A stretch of 64,000 nucleotides of DNA, taken from Prasinococcaceae sp. CCMP 1430 (taxonomy: Eukaryota; Plantae; Prasinodermophyta). The first letter of the stretch is position 1. Every line of letters begins with the position of its first letter. The stretch is taken from assembly GCA_013416795.1 (NCBI GenBank), contig RQSC01000012.1, positions 213,885 to 277,884 on the forward strand, read 5' to 3'. Shown one piece after another: positions 24,043-34,041 of the stretch. The position numbers were made by a program, and so were the translations under genes. The notes beneath the pieces were generated by a model that worked only from the letters and a program-made list of their open reading frames with translations, was not told the DNA's origin and ran no database searches.

Positions 24043-24766
24043 AGGCAGAGACAGCCCGACCGACCGAGCCCGACCGAGGGCCTGAATGTTGCCTCCGAAT
24101 CGTGGTGCCGCCACGACGATCCACGTCTCAGCTTCACACCTCACATCACGAGTCGCGGCCCTCTCGCTCGTCGCGGACGCATGAGGAGGGCATTGGATCT
24201 TTCTGCGCAGTAGCGCAACGAGATCGGTCCTCGGACCCCTTCGATGGATCCAGCTTCAGTCAGGGGAGGTGGAGCTTCGACCACGCGCGGTGGCACCAGC
24301 CAGCCAGCCATCCGGTGCATCGCCGCGCACAGACAGCAGACAGTCGGGCAGCAGCAGCCGCGTCTCACGCAGTCATCCATCCAGCAATCGGTCAGCAGCG
24401 GCACGGGCAGGTCGGTCGGGCGGGCGGCGTTTGCGAGATTCTCGGGTCGATTTCGGGCCAATTTCTCGGCGCGGGCCACGGGCGCCGTCGGCGGCGCGGG
24501 AGACCGGACGAGATGAAGCAGTACAGCGTTCCCGGCCGGAGGCGGCGCGGACGCCGCGCGCACGAGCAGCGCTGGCAGGGGGGAGGCGCGCCGGGGGAGC
24601 GGCGTGGCGGTGGAGGTTGCCGGAGGCAGGGCGCGCGTGCCGAGTGTCGCGCCCCCACCCCCATCTCCTTTCGCCGCGGTGGTAGATGGCACCACCAGCG
24701 TCGGCGTGCGTGAAATGAAAATTTACAGGCGACCGCGGCCGCAGCGACGAGGGGGCTGTTCAGCGC

Positions 24767-25672
24767 TCACTTCTGGAGGATGACGGCGCCGAGCAGGCCG
24801 GCGTCCTTCAGCGTCGCTGCGTCGTCATCGAGGGTCTTGGGCGCGGGCGGGCCCGTCACGAGCGTGAACGCCGCAGGCGCGGCCGAGCCCTGCTGAATGC
24901 GGATGAAGTTGCGCACGTCGGCGATCGTGTGCGTCTCGTTGAAGCGAGCCACGACGCGCTGGCCGTCCGCGAGGCGGATCTGCACGCGCGTCGTCGGCTT
25001 GGAGTCGTCGACGGAGAACTCTGAAGGGGCTGCCGCCGGCGCAGCCGGCGCAGCCGGGGCGGGCGCCGTGCTCGAGGCGCCGAGCGTGCGGCCCGAGCCG
25101 CCGAAGGCGACGTACTTGGGCTTCGGAGGCTCGACGTAGGGGCCGTCCTTGCGCACGAGGTTAACGTTGACGGGCGCGTTCGGGTCGGCTGGGGCCAGCT
25201 CACGCGGGCACTGGCCAGATTGCAGCGTCTCAATGAAGGAGCGGTTTGCGGGGTCCTCGAGCGAGCGCAGCGGGCCGTCGTCGACCGAGAAGCCGTTGTC
25301 CCAGAAGTACACCACGTGTGGCACCGCGGCGGGCTCGGCGGCGGCATCCACGCCGTCCGCGTCGCCGCTGCCGCCGGCACCTGCAGCAGTGCCGTCAAGC
25401 CTCCGCCCCGCGCCAGAGAACGCGCGGGCCGCCGCAGGCGCCGCCTGGCCGAGGTCCTCGGCGGTGCCCTGCTCCGCGCCGTGCTCGCGTGCCGAGTCGA
25501 AGATGCCCTGGATGCGCTCGCCGCGGGTCCGCGCGTCCCGGCCCCCGCCCGCCGAGTTGGGATCCTGGACGGCCATACCTGACTGTGCGCCCCCGGCGTA
25601 GTACTCGTTGTCGCGCTCAGGATCCTCATCCCTGCGCTGCACGTCCCCAAGGGTCATCGGTCCGGGCGCCAT
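24767..25672 (-). CDS. PUX4: p47/Shp1-type CDC48 adaptor (SEP + SHP + UBX; plant PUX3/4/5-like)
   Basis: YYAGGAQSGMAVQDP, FSGAGRRL, FWDNGFSVDDGPLR, GQCPREL, FGGSGRTLG, TTRVQIRLADGQRVVARFN. Confidence 0.9.
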   Translation of the reverse strand: MAPGPMTLGDVQRRDEDPERDNEYYAGGAQSGMAVQDPNSAGGGRDARTRGERIQGIFDSAREHGAEQGTAEDLGQAAPAAARAFSGAGRRLDGTAAGAGGSGDADGVDAAAEPAAVPHVVYFWDNGFSVDDGPLRSLEDPANRSFIETLQSGQCPRELAPADPNAPVNVNLVRKDGPYVEPPKPKYVAFGGSGRTLGASSTAPAPAAPAAPAAAPSEFSVDDSKPTTRVQIRLADGQRVVARFNETHTIADVRNFIRIQQGSAAPAAFTLVTGPPAPKTLDDDAATLKDAGLLGAVILQK

Positions 25673-26242
25673 CGCGCCCCGCCCGCCCGCCCGCGCTGTG
25701 GGCGACGCACTGCTGCCTCGCACCCCCTCCTCTCCCCAAGCCAGCGATCGGCGCCCGCGCAACCCCCCCACTCACCCACCCGGCAACGGCTCGATCAGGC
25801 GGGTGCAGAACGGTCGACGGCAGACCTCGCGGACGCACCCCCCCGCACACACACACGCACACACGCACGCGCGTGAGAGCACCCTTCCTCCCGCCCTCCC
25901 GCCCAGCCTGCCCCTCTCACGCGCTGTGGCGCGCCGCCCAGCTGCCGCCACGCCACCCATGCGCGCGCTCGGCAGATCCCCACCGCGCCCCGCACAAGCG
26001 CATAGCGCGCCAAATAATAAACCCTACCCTTACATACTTAGGGTTTGCAGTACAGTAGTCTACGTACTGTAGCACTACATGTACGTACAGTGGTCACTAC
26101 TGTACAATGTTGGGCCGCCCGGGTGCCTGCGCCTGTCCGCCGTCGACACTGCGTGGGTTCAGCGCCGCACAGCGCCCCTGTGCAGCTCCGTCCGCCCGCC
26201 CGCGCCGCGCGCGACGCTTGTGGACGCATTCTGATTCATTCA

Positions 26243-29200
26243 TTACATGGAGGGCGCGGGCGCAAGCGCCGCCCACACCCGGTCCAATGCCTCACTCACA
26301 GCACACGCCAGCGGGCTGCATGCCGCTTCCACCGCTGCCGCCGCGAGTGCTCGGCCCCGCGCTGCGAGCTGCAACGACCATCCCTCGAGCGCGACGTTGC
26401 GAGGTGCGGGCAGCGCGTCGCCAGTGACGCCACCTGTGACGCTCTCGCCGCTCTCCAGCGCCGCTGCCTGCAAGCCATCGACCAGCTCCTCGAGCGCGCC
26501 CTGCAGCCGCGTTGCACACGTGGGGCAGCCGAGCGATGTCACTTGCATCGCCCGCAGCTCAGCTGCAAGCGCAGCCTCCTCCGCCGTCGCCACCATGAGC
26601 GCCCACATCTCGTCCGAGGGCACGTCGCGACGCGGCTGAGACAGCGCTGCCCGCAGCGCGGCCGAGGCGCGCACGGCCACAGGAGTGTGCAAAGCACCGT
26701 CGACGCCAGCCTTCTGCTCAGCCATTGGCCCCTTCGCAGTCGCGCCGGGATCGCTCGTGCCACCCTCGTCGCCCTCGATGCCTCCACTCGTCGCCGCAAC
26801 GCCGCCAACTCCCCCAAACGCACGTCCTTCCATGCGTTCGCTGGATCCTGCATCCGAGGCATCGCCCTCGCTGGTCCCGCTGGCGCCTTTGCCATTGTTG
26901 CTGCCACTTGAGCTGGCGGCGCCCCTGACCATGCGTACAAGCTCAGCCCTCGCACCATCTTGGAGTGGCTTGCGCAACGCTGCGCCGAGGTTGCGCAGGA
27001 AGCGGTCGGTGGCCTCTGCGGAGGCCGCCTCACTGGCGATACTTGCACACGCGTCGCGTGCGGGTTGCGACATCGTCGGCGGCGCGAGTGAGCGAATGGC
27101 ATTCGCGGCCGCCGCCGCGGCGGCCTCACTCGCAGCGCGAGCGCCGCGTTCCCGCAGCGGCACCGCCATTTCCTCGGCAAGCGCCACCGCGGCTGCGTCC
27201 ACTTGCACGCTCGCATTGTCGCTTGCGCCGCTGCCGCCGTCAGAATTTCTCGATGCCCGCTGACGCCGCTTCTCCGCAGCGGCGGCAATCACCGCGCCGA
27301 GCTGTGCGTCGGCGCGCGCAGCCGCGGCTGCAGCTGCCACGGCGGCCTCGAGTTGCGCATCGGCAGCGTTGACTGCCACGCTATCCACGACGAAATGCAC
27401 CATGGTGATGACGCTCGTGGGCTGCTTCGCCATGAAGGCCTCGTGCAGCTTGCGCTTGCTGCTGCTGGCCACAGCCGCCCCTCCGATACTCACCGCGCCC
27501 GTCGCGGCCTCGTCGCCGCCTGCGCCACCCACCGGCGTGGGGCTCACGCGCGCGGGCGCGAAAGGGGTTATTCGCCTGCGCGGTGTCACAGCAGCCGCGC
27601 CCGCTCCGCCGGGCGACGGCGAGGCGGAAGCAGATGGGAGCACAAGCCTCAGTGCATCGAGAGAGGGGCAAACAACGGCAATGTAGCGGGCGTCGATGAG
27701 GCCCGCCATGGCGTCGAGCCCGCCGTTTTGCGGTGTGGCGCTCGAAGGCTTGTAGGTGCTCGCGTCACCCGTCGGGAGCCCCGTGGCCTCGAGGAAGGCC
27801 TCAACGGATGCTGCCAAGGCAAGTTTTGCTGGCGCGGCCATGCTGCCGCTCACGAACGCCGCCCGCCGCATGCCCGCGAGGCGTGCAGGCACGTGCGCGA
27901 GCGCACCTGCGCCCTTGAATAGCGAGGCATCAGCAACGTGGGCCACGCGCAAAAATTCGACTGCGGCGGGCAGCAGGAAACAAGACGCGCCAGCGGCTTC
28001 AGCCGTGTCAAGTATGGCATCCACGCCAGCGACATCGCGAGCCCATCCTGCCGCTGTGCCGCCACACGCCGGCCCGTACTCGACGATGGCCAATAGAGCC
28101 AGCAGCGCGCGTAGCTCCAGCGTGCGTTCGGTAAAAGCCGACGGCAGCATCGCTTCGACGGCGCTGCGGTCAACGAGCGCCTCCACAGCCCGCAGCAGCG
28201 CCGCACGCAGGTGCGTGTTGAGCTTGTGCGAGTCGGCCACTTCGACAAGCCGCGCGTATGCCGCCTGCGACTCGGGCAAGAAGCGCGCGAGCCTGCTGCT
28301 CTCCTCAGCGCTGTTTGAAAGGGATCCTCCTTGTCCGCCGGCGCCACCCCTTTTGTTGCTGCGACCGCCGCGAGACGGCGGAGCGCTTGACCCGGGGATG
28401 AGTGCGCGCCGCGCACTAGGCTGGGCCTGTGAGCCATGCGAGCCATGCGCCCCGCCCGCGCCTACCCGCCTTGGCGGTCTTCCGCCGGCGGCGCGCGAGT
28501 GCGACCGCTGCGCGGACGCGGGCCCTCTGGCTGCCGCTGGGCCCGTCAGCCGCTGGTGCAGCTGTTGCAGGCGCGCATCGTTGCCAGCAATTTCCACGAC
28601 CTCCTCGTCTGCCTCGCCTCTCGCTGCAGCTCGGCACATCATTGAGACTATCTCGTTAGCAAGCCAGGCGACGTTGTCCGCTCGCAGATCTCCCATGAGA
28701 GCGAGTGCGCCCTGGCGCAGCTCTGCCTCAGCGGCGCGGCCACCAGCAGCGCGAGCCGAGTCAAACGCGTACACGTCGGCGGCTCGTGCCTGACGCAGCA
28801 GTGAGCAGAAGGCGTCCCGCGCCGACTCGCGGTTTGAGGTACGCTTGGCGCGCGCGCCAGCGTCGGTAGCACCGCCGACGGTAGCACCTGCACCGTCGGC
28901 GTTGGCGTCCCAAGCGCGAGCCCCGCTGGCGCCGCTCGCAGCCGAACCATCACCTCCAGATGAGACAGCAGCTGTGCTGCCGCCGCCCAAAGATGCTCGT
29001 CCCCCGCGCAGGCTTGCGCGTCGCGCGGCCGCCAGCGCGTCGGCTGCGCGCTCGGCGAGAGTTGGCGCCGCAGCAGCCGCGGCGCCCTCGGCGAGCGCCT
29101 CAAGCAACCGCTCGCCGAGGCCAGGGAGCACGGAGGTCGCATTCTCGAGAACTGCAGACGCATATAGACGCGCATCGTCAGTAGTGCGCAGTATGTCGCT

Positions 29201-30382
29201 GCCTGGGCCCTTCGAGGCGCCGACAGCGCCCACGGAAGGCGGTTGCTGCGCTTGCTGGCTGGACGGCAGGGCGTCATCCGGCGGGAGCACAAGCATCTCC
29301 AGCAGCATCCTGAGCTCGTCGACGACGTTGGGCACGATCCCCGCGTCCAGCGCCGAGGCATGTGCAGCCGCCACCCTAAGCGCACTTTTGGACGCGCGGG
29401 GTGGCGGCAGTGTATGCTCACGCTCGGGCGAGCGCGGGAGCGACCCGTCATTGATTGCTGCTGCCGGACGGGTGCGCGCGTCACCCGTGTCCAAGGCTGC
29501 AGGTACAGGGAACTGCGGCGGCGACGCGACGCGGTGTGTTGGTTGTATGGCCACCTCACTCGAGGTGGCAGTGTCGCCCGCCCCTGACCCCACTGCTCGT
29601 GCTTGCGCTTGCGCCCTCGCACTGGTGTGCAAGCTGGGGCTTGCGCTCGCGTCGGTGCTTGCGCGCGCTCTCGCGCCCCCGTGTGGTGCCCCCGAGCTTG
29701 GGGGCGTCACCTGGGTGCTGCCGCCCGCATCGGCCCTCGCACTGGCCGCTCGGCGCTGCTCACGGAGCAGCTCAGCACGCTCGTCGTGCGCCAGCGACGG
29801 CGAGCCGCATTTCTTCGACGGCGCAGGCAGCGGTTCGCGCTCACCTGCCCGTACGGAGGCGCCCACGCCGCCACCGCCCCACACGCTGCTGCCGCTTCCA
29901 TCACGACCACCACTGACGCCGCCAACGGCCGTGGCAGTGCCCCACGCGCCCGTCCTGCGATCACCAGCGGCGAGCGCGAAACGCGGATCGGCGGGAGCTG
30001 CCGCGACTGCGGCGACGGGGGTGGGCGTGATGCGCTTGCGGCGTGCCCCGCCTCCACCGCCAGCCCCGCCGCCGCCCCTACTGCTGGCGCTGCTGCCGGC
30101 CGGCACAGGGGCAGGTGTGGCGCGTGCAGTTCGCGGCGCGGGGTTCGCAGGTGGGGTTGTAGACGAGAGCGAGGGAAACGCATCCTCATACACCGGCGTG
30201 GCCACCGCGCACTGCTGCTCCTGCTGCTGCTGCTGCCGCCGCAGTGCGCGGCGCTCGCGAGCGGCGCTCGCGAGCGGCTGTGCAGCCGCGCGCACGAGCG
30301 CGGTCAGGCGCGCGGCCTCCTCCTCGGCACCCGGGGCGGTCGAGGTGCCGCCGCGGAGCAAGGCCTCTGCCGCGGCCTCCAT
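26243..30382 (-). CDS. CDAN1: Codanin-1-like protein
   Basis: DAFPSL, RRKRITPTPV (Asf1-binding B-domain-like), NRESARDAFCSLLR, RLQQLHQRL, ADSHKLNTHL, LHEAFMAKQP..MVHFVVDSVAVN (Codanin-1_C-like). Confidence 0.78.
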   Translation of the reverse strand: MEAAAEALLRGGTSTAPGAEEEAARLTALVRAAAQPLASAARERRALRRQQQQQEQQCAVATPVYEDAFPSLSSTTPPANPAPRTARATPAPVPAGSSASSRGGGGAGGGGGARRKRITPTPVAAVAAAPADPRFALAAGDRRTGAWGTATAVGGVSGGRDGSGSSVWGGGGVGASVRAGEREPLPAPSKKCGSPSLAHDERAELLREQRRAASARADAGGSTQVTPPSSGAPHGGARARASTDASASPSLHTSARAQAQARAVGSGAGDTATSSEVAIQPTHRVASPPQFPVPAALDTGDARTRPAAAINDGSLPRSPEREHTLPPPRASKSALRVAAAHASALDAGIVPNVVDELRMLLEMLVLPPDDALPSSQQAQQPPSVGAVGASKGPGSDILRTTDDARLYASAVLENATSVLPGLGERLLEALAEGAAAAAAPTLAERAADALAAARRASLRGGRASLGGGSTAAVSSGGDGSAASGASGARAWDANADGAGATVGGATDAGARAKRTSNRESARDAFCSLLRQARAADVYAFDSARAAGGRAAEAELRQGALALMGDLRADNVAWLANEIVSMMCRAAARGEADEEVVEIAGNDARLQQLHQRLTGPAAARGPASAQRSHSRAAGGRPPRRVGAGGAHGSHGSQAQPSARRALIPGSSAPPSRGGRSNKRGGAGGQGGSLSNSAEESSRLARFLPESQAAYARLVEVADSHKLNTHLRAALLRAVEALVDRSAVEAMLPSAFTERTLELRALLALLAIVEYGPACGGTAAGWARDVAGVDAILDTAEAAGASCFLLPAAVEFLRVAHVADASLFKGAGALAHVPARLAGMRRAAFVSGSMAAPAKLALAASVEAFLEATGLPTGDASTYKPSSATPQNGGLDAMAGLIDARYIAVVCPSLDALRLVLPSASASPSPGGAGAAAVTPRRRITPFAPARVSPTPVGGAGGDEAATGAVSIGGAAVASSSKRKLHEAFMAKQPTSVITMVHFVVDSVAVNAADAQLEAAVAAAAAAARADAQLGAVIAAAAEKRRQRASRNSDGGSGASDNASVQVDAAAVALAEEMAVPLRERGARAASEAAAAAAANAIRSLAPPTMSQPARDACASIASEAASAEATDRFLRNLGAALRKPLQDGARAELVRMVRGAASSSGSNNGKGASGTSEGDASDAGSSERMEGRAFGGVGGVAATSGGIEGDEGGTSDPGATAKGPMAEQKAGVDGALHTPVAVRASAALRAALSQPRRDVPSDEMWALMVATAEEAALAAELRAMQVTSLGCPTCATRLQGALEELVDGLQAAALESGESVTGGVTGDALPAPRNVALEGWSLQLAARGRALAAAAVEAACSPLACAVSEALDRVWAALAPAPSM

Positions 30383-30552
30383 TGCGCGCAACGCCCGCCG
30401 GGCGCTGCGCGCACACACACCGCCCGCCGCGCGCGGTGTGGGCACCTCCGCACGAGGACGTCACTTGCGGACCCTCGAGCGTGCATGCGCCGCTGGCCAC
30501 ACTGCGCGCGCCGCGCAGCGCGCGCCGCGCAACGGTGCGCGCGCGCGCGTGG

Positions 30553-32076
30553 ATGGCGGCCTCTGGCGCGGCAGCCCCTGAGGACGCTGTCGAGGAAGAC
30601 TCCGCCGAGGTGTCCCCCCCTGACGGCGCTGTCGATGGGGCTGAGGGCGAAGTTGAGGGTCTGGTCACCAGGCGGCGCGTTCTGGGCGCGCGACTGTCGT
30701 TCGTGTGCGTGGGTGGCGGAGCGCCCGCGCAGCTCGTGCTGGCCTTCGCCGCATCGCGCGAGGTCGCTGTGGGCGCGGTTGTGCGCGCTCGCGGCGTGTG
30801 GCGCGGCGCGCCACGCGGCGGGCTTCTCGGCGGTGGCAGCGGTCTTGAGCTGCGCGTGGAGAGCTCGGACGCGCTCCACGTGCTCGTGCCTGCGCCCGAT
30901 GTTCCCGCCGACGGCAGCGCAGATGGCGCGGACATTCCCTCGCCACTGGCGGCGATGGCGACGGGGTCGGGCTCCGCGCGCGGCGTCTGCCGGCGATGGC
31001 TGCGCGGGACTTGCACACTGGGTGACGCTTGCGTGTACCGCCACGCCACGCCCGATGCCCGCGAGTTGCGCGTCGCTGAGAGGCAGCGCGCCGAGCGCGA
31101 GGCTGCGCAGCTCGAGGCAGTGGACCCGCTCGATCCGTACGCTGCCACTGATAAGCTCCCAAAGGCCGCGCGCTTTCGTGTGCTGGCCCAATGGCTCGTT
31201 GACACGTATGGTATCGAGCAGCTGCGAGCTGGCGGCGGCGTCCTCGACGTCGCCGGCGGCGGAGGTGCGCTCTCTGCTGTGCTAGCCGCGGAGCATGGCG
31301 TGCAAAGCTGTGTCGTGGACCCACGCGGTGCCACGCCTGGCGGCACCGCGCGCGCCGTGCTCAAGCGCGACGCCAAGCGTCGGCGGCGAGAGGAGGCCAA
31401 GCAGCAGCGGCAGCAGCGCGCCGAGGGAGGGAAAACACATGCTGGCTGCGCAGACGATGGGCAGGGCGACGTGAGTGGCGGTGCCATGGGCGATGTCGTG
31501 GGCGATGCCGACAACGACGCCCAGCCTCAAGGCGCACATTTGGGCCAGCAGCAGCAGCTGGCGGGCGTCGAGCACCAGCAAGAGGAGCAATTACACCAAG
31601 GGAAGCGTGGTGGGGAGGACGAACGCGGGCAGCGGCAAAGGGAGCGCGCACCAAGGCGGCGGCCGCTCATTCGACACCATCCGCTGTACTCGCATCGTGC
31701 GGAGATGTTCCTCTACCCCAAGTCCGGTGAGACCGTGGAGGGCGGGGAGGCTGCGGCCGCGGCTGCGCGCGCTCACACCGAAGCGTTGTGCGACGCCGCG
31801 GCTCTCGTGGTCGGACTCCACGCCGATGAGGCGACAGATGCAATTGTGGACGCGGCGCTCGCACAAGAGCCACCCAGGCCATTCGTGCTGCTGCCGTGCT
31901 GCTCATTTCCCGCGCGCCACCCGCCAGGCTCAGCACGCGCCGCCGCGGCGACGTCGCTGCAGCTCGCCGCGTACCTGCAGTCGCGGCACCCCGCTATTCG
32001 ACGTGCGCACCTGCCTGTGCAAGGGCGCAACGTGGTCCTGTTCGTGCTGCCACCCATGCATGTTGATAATAATTAA
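30553..32076 (+). CDS. OB-fold-like + CCCH zinc finger + class I SAM methyltransferase-like protein
   Basis: GLVTRRRVLGARLSFVCV; CRRWLRGTCTLGDACVYRH; VLDVAGGGGAL, VVDPR, VGLHADEATDAIVD, FVLLPCC, GRNVVL. Confidence 0.8.
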   Translation: MAASGAAAPEDAVEEDSAEVSPPDGAVDGAEGEVEGLVTRRRVLGARLSFVCVGGGAPAQLVLAFAASREVAVGAVVRARGVWRGAPRGGLLGGGSGLELRVESSDALHVLVPAPDVPADGSADGADIPSPLAAMATGSGSARGVCRRWLRGTCTLGDACVYRHATPDARELRVAERQRAEREAAQLEAVDPLDPYAATDKLPKAARFRVLAQWLVDTYGIEQLRAGGGVLDVAGGGGALSAVLAAEHGVQSCVVDPRGATPGGTARAVLKRDAKRRRREEAKQQRQQRAEGGKTHAGCADDGQGDVSGGAMGDVVGDADNDAQPQGAHLGQQQQLAGVEHQQEEQLHQGKRGGEDERGQRQRERAPRRRPLIRHHPLYSHRAEMFLYPKSGETVEGGEAAAAAARAHTEALCDAAALVVGLHADEATDAIVDAALAQEPPRPFVLLPCCSFPARHPPGSARAAAATSLQLAAYLQSRHPAIRRAHLPVQGRNVVLFVLPPMHVDNN

Positions 32077-32104
32077 TTGAATGTGATGACGAGTGTGCTC
32101 TGAC

Positions 32105-34041
32105 TCAGAGTCCCTCCTTCGCCAGCAGGGCCTCCATTCTCTCCGCCATGCTCATGAGCTGATCGCTCATCTTGTTGACCTTGCGCTCGTGCCTGTCCCA
32201 GTCGGTCTCGGGCTCGGGCGGGCCCTTCGACCCGTTGGCGTTCCAGTCCTCGACGGCCTGGCCGTCCGAAATGCGGTGGTCCAACGCCTCGAGCTGTTCG
32301 AGTGCCTTCTGGGCCTGCGGCGGCAGGCCGTGGCGCTCCCGCACCCAGCGCGAGGGGAGCTCACGGCGGTCCTTGTAGTCAAAGGGCACATACGTGCGGC
32401 CCTCCTCCTTGAAGCACAGCGCCATCAGCCAGTTTTCCAACCCTGCGGACGGGCAAGGGAGCCGCAGCGGTCAACATTCGCGGCGCATGTGAGCGGCGGG
32501 CGGCGAGTGTCGCGCGTCCGCGCGTGCGACGCCCGCGCGCGTGCGGCTTGGCACGCACCATAGTCGTCGTGGTCATCGTGGAAGAAGCGCACGCCAGGGC
32601 GTTGGCCGGGGGGGCCGGCGGCGCGGTTGTCGTCGCGTTTGCCCTTCTTCCACTCGATTTCGCGCGGCGTCGGCTCTGGGCGCACCAAACATATCGTGAG
32701 GGTCTGCTTGTCGGCGCCATCGTCATCATCGCCGCCGTCGAGCGACCACAAGCACTCCGGGGCGTCCACCGCGACGTGCCAGTCGCAGCGAGGCTTGCTC
32801 TTCTGCGCCTCATCAGTCTTGGTCCAATACGTTCGCCATGTTTCGATGTGCCCCTGCACCTTGCACGTGAACATCTTGTCCGTGAACTCAATTGTGATGT
32901 CATCCGGTTGCACCCAGTGCGGGCAGTCGATCTCCAGGACGACGTCGTCCTCGTTCTCGGTCATCTTCCATGGTGGCACCAAGCAGCGCACGCCGGCGGG
33001 GTCGCCCTCGAAGAGGCGCGCCCAGTGCTCGCCCGGGTTGGCTTTGTGCATCTTGACCAAGTAGAGCCCACTTTTCTTGCCGTCACCCATCACCTCGTAC
33101 GGCTTGTCCATCGACAGCCCGTGCGCGAGAAGCCTGTCCACAATCGGCGCCTCCTCATTGCCCTTCTTCGTGTCCTCCCCCGCCAGCTTGAAGTACTTCC
33201 CATCGTCCAGCGTGAGACTGAAGCTCTTGTCCGGGCCGTAGGTGGGCGCGTAGCACGCAACGAATACGCAGGCGTCGGTCTGCGCCCACATGTAGTACCG
33301 CGCGAGCGCGCGCGAGTAAAGCTCGACGGCACCGCCCGCCTTGCTGGCGGCGTGCTTGCGTTCGCGCATGAAGCTGCGCGCGTCTTCCTTCTCGCGTTCG
33401 TCGCGGTGGTTGGGGTCCTCAAGCAGTCGCCGCCGCGCGTCCTCCTCCTTCTTGCGCTCCAGCTCCGCCTGCGCGCGCTGCTTGGTGCCATCCTTGTTGA
33501 ATATTGGCCAGTGCAGGCCAAACTCGCCCTTCCAGTGCCGCTTGAGGCCGCAGAAGTCGCACATGGCCATGCCGCAGATAGCGCAGCGTCGATTGGAGGG
33601 CCGCCGGCACACCTCGCACACGACCACGAGCTGCGTGGCGGCGTCCACCCCGCCATCGAATCGTTTGTCGAACTCGTCCAGTAGGAGGTCCTCGCCGCCC
33701 TCGCCCTTCGCCGCGATGCCCGGAAGGTAGCGGAACTCGATCTCGGACTGCCACACGTCGTACGCCTCGCGCGCCTTGGGGTCGGACAGCGTGTCGTACG
33801 CCTTCTGGATCTTGGCGAAGACCTCCTGCTTGCCGCCCTTGTCAGGGTGGTGCTTGCGCGCCATCGCCCGGTACGCCTCCTTGATCTGGCGGGGCGTGAC
33901 CTTTTTGGTGACGCCCAGTGCGCGGTAGAGCTCCATGCCGTCGAGGTCGACGCCCTCCTGCGCGAACGGGTCGAAGTCCTCGTCGAGCGCCGACCACCCG
34001 CTCGGGCGCTCGTAGTCCTGGTTGTAGTTGCCGTACGCCAT
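32105..34041 (-). CDS. DnaJ protein with B-box-like Zn finger and two CS/p23-like domains; intron 32443-32558
   Basis: LYRALGV..ARKHHPDKGG..AYDTLSD; CEVC..CAICGMAMCDFC..H; YMWAQTD and PWKMTENEDDV CS-like starts; intron with GTGCGT donor and CAG acceptor. Confidence 0.82.

Noticed and set aside
24141-24695. 184-aa minus-strand ORF with a Cys cluster (CCCPTVCCLC)
   Set aside because: The Cys run derives from low-complexity CAG/CAGA repeats; no family motif is recognisable.
32083-32103. TGATGA...CTGA resembling C/D boxes
   Set aside because: The boxes are only about 11 nt apart, in a 28-bp gap between two stop codons, which is too short for a snoRNA.
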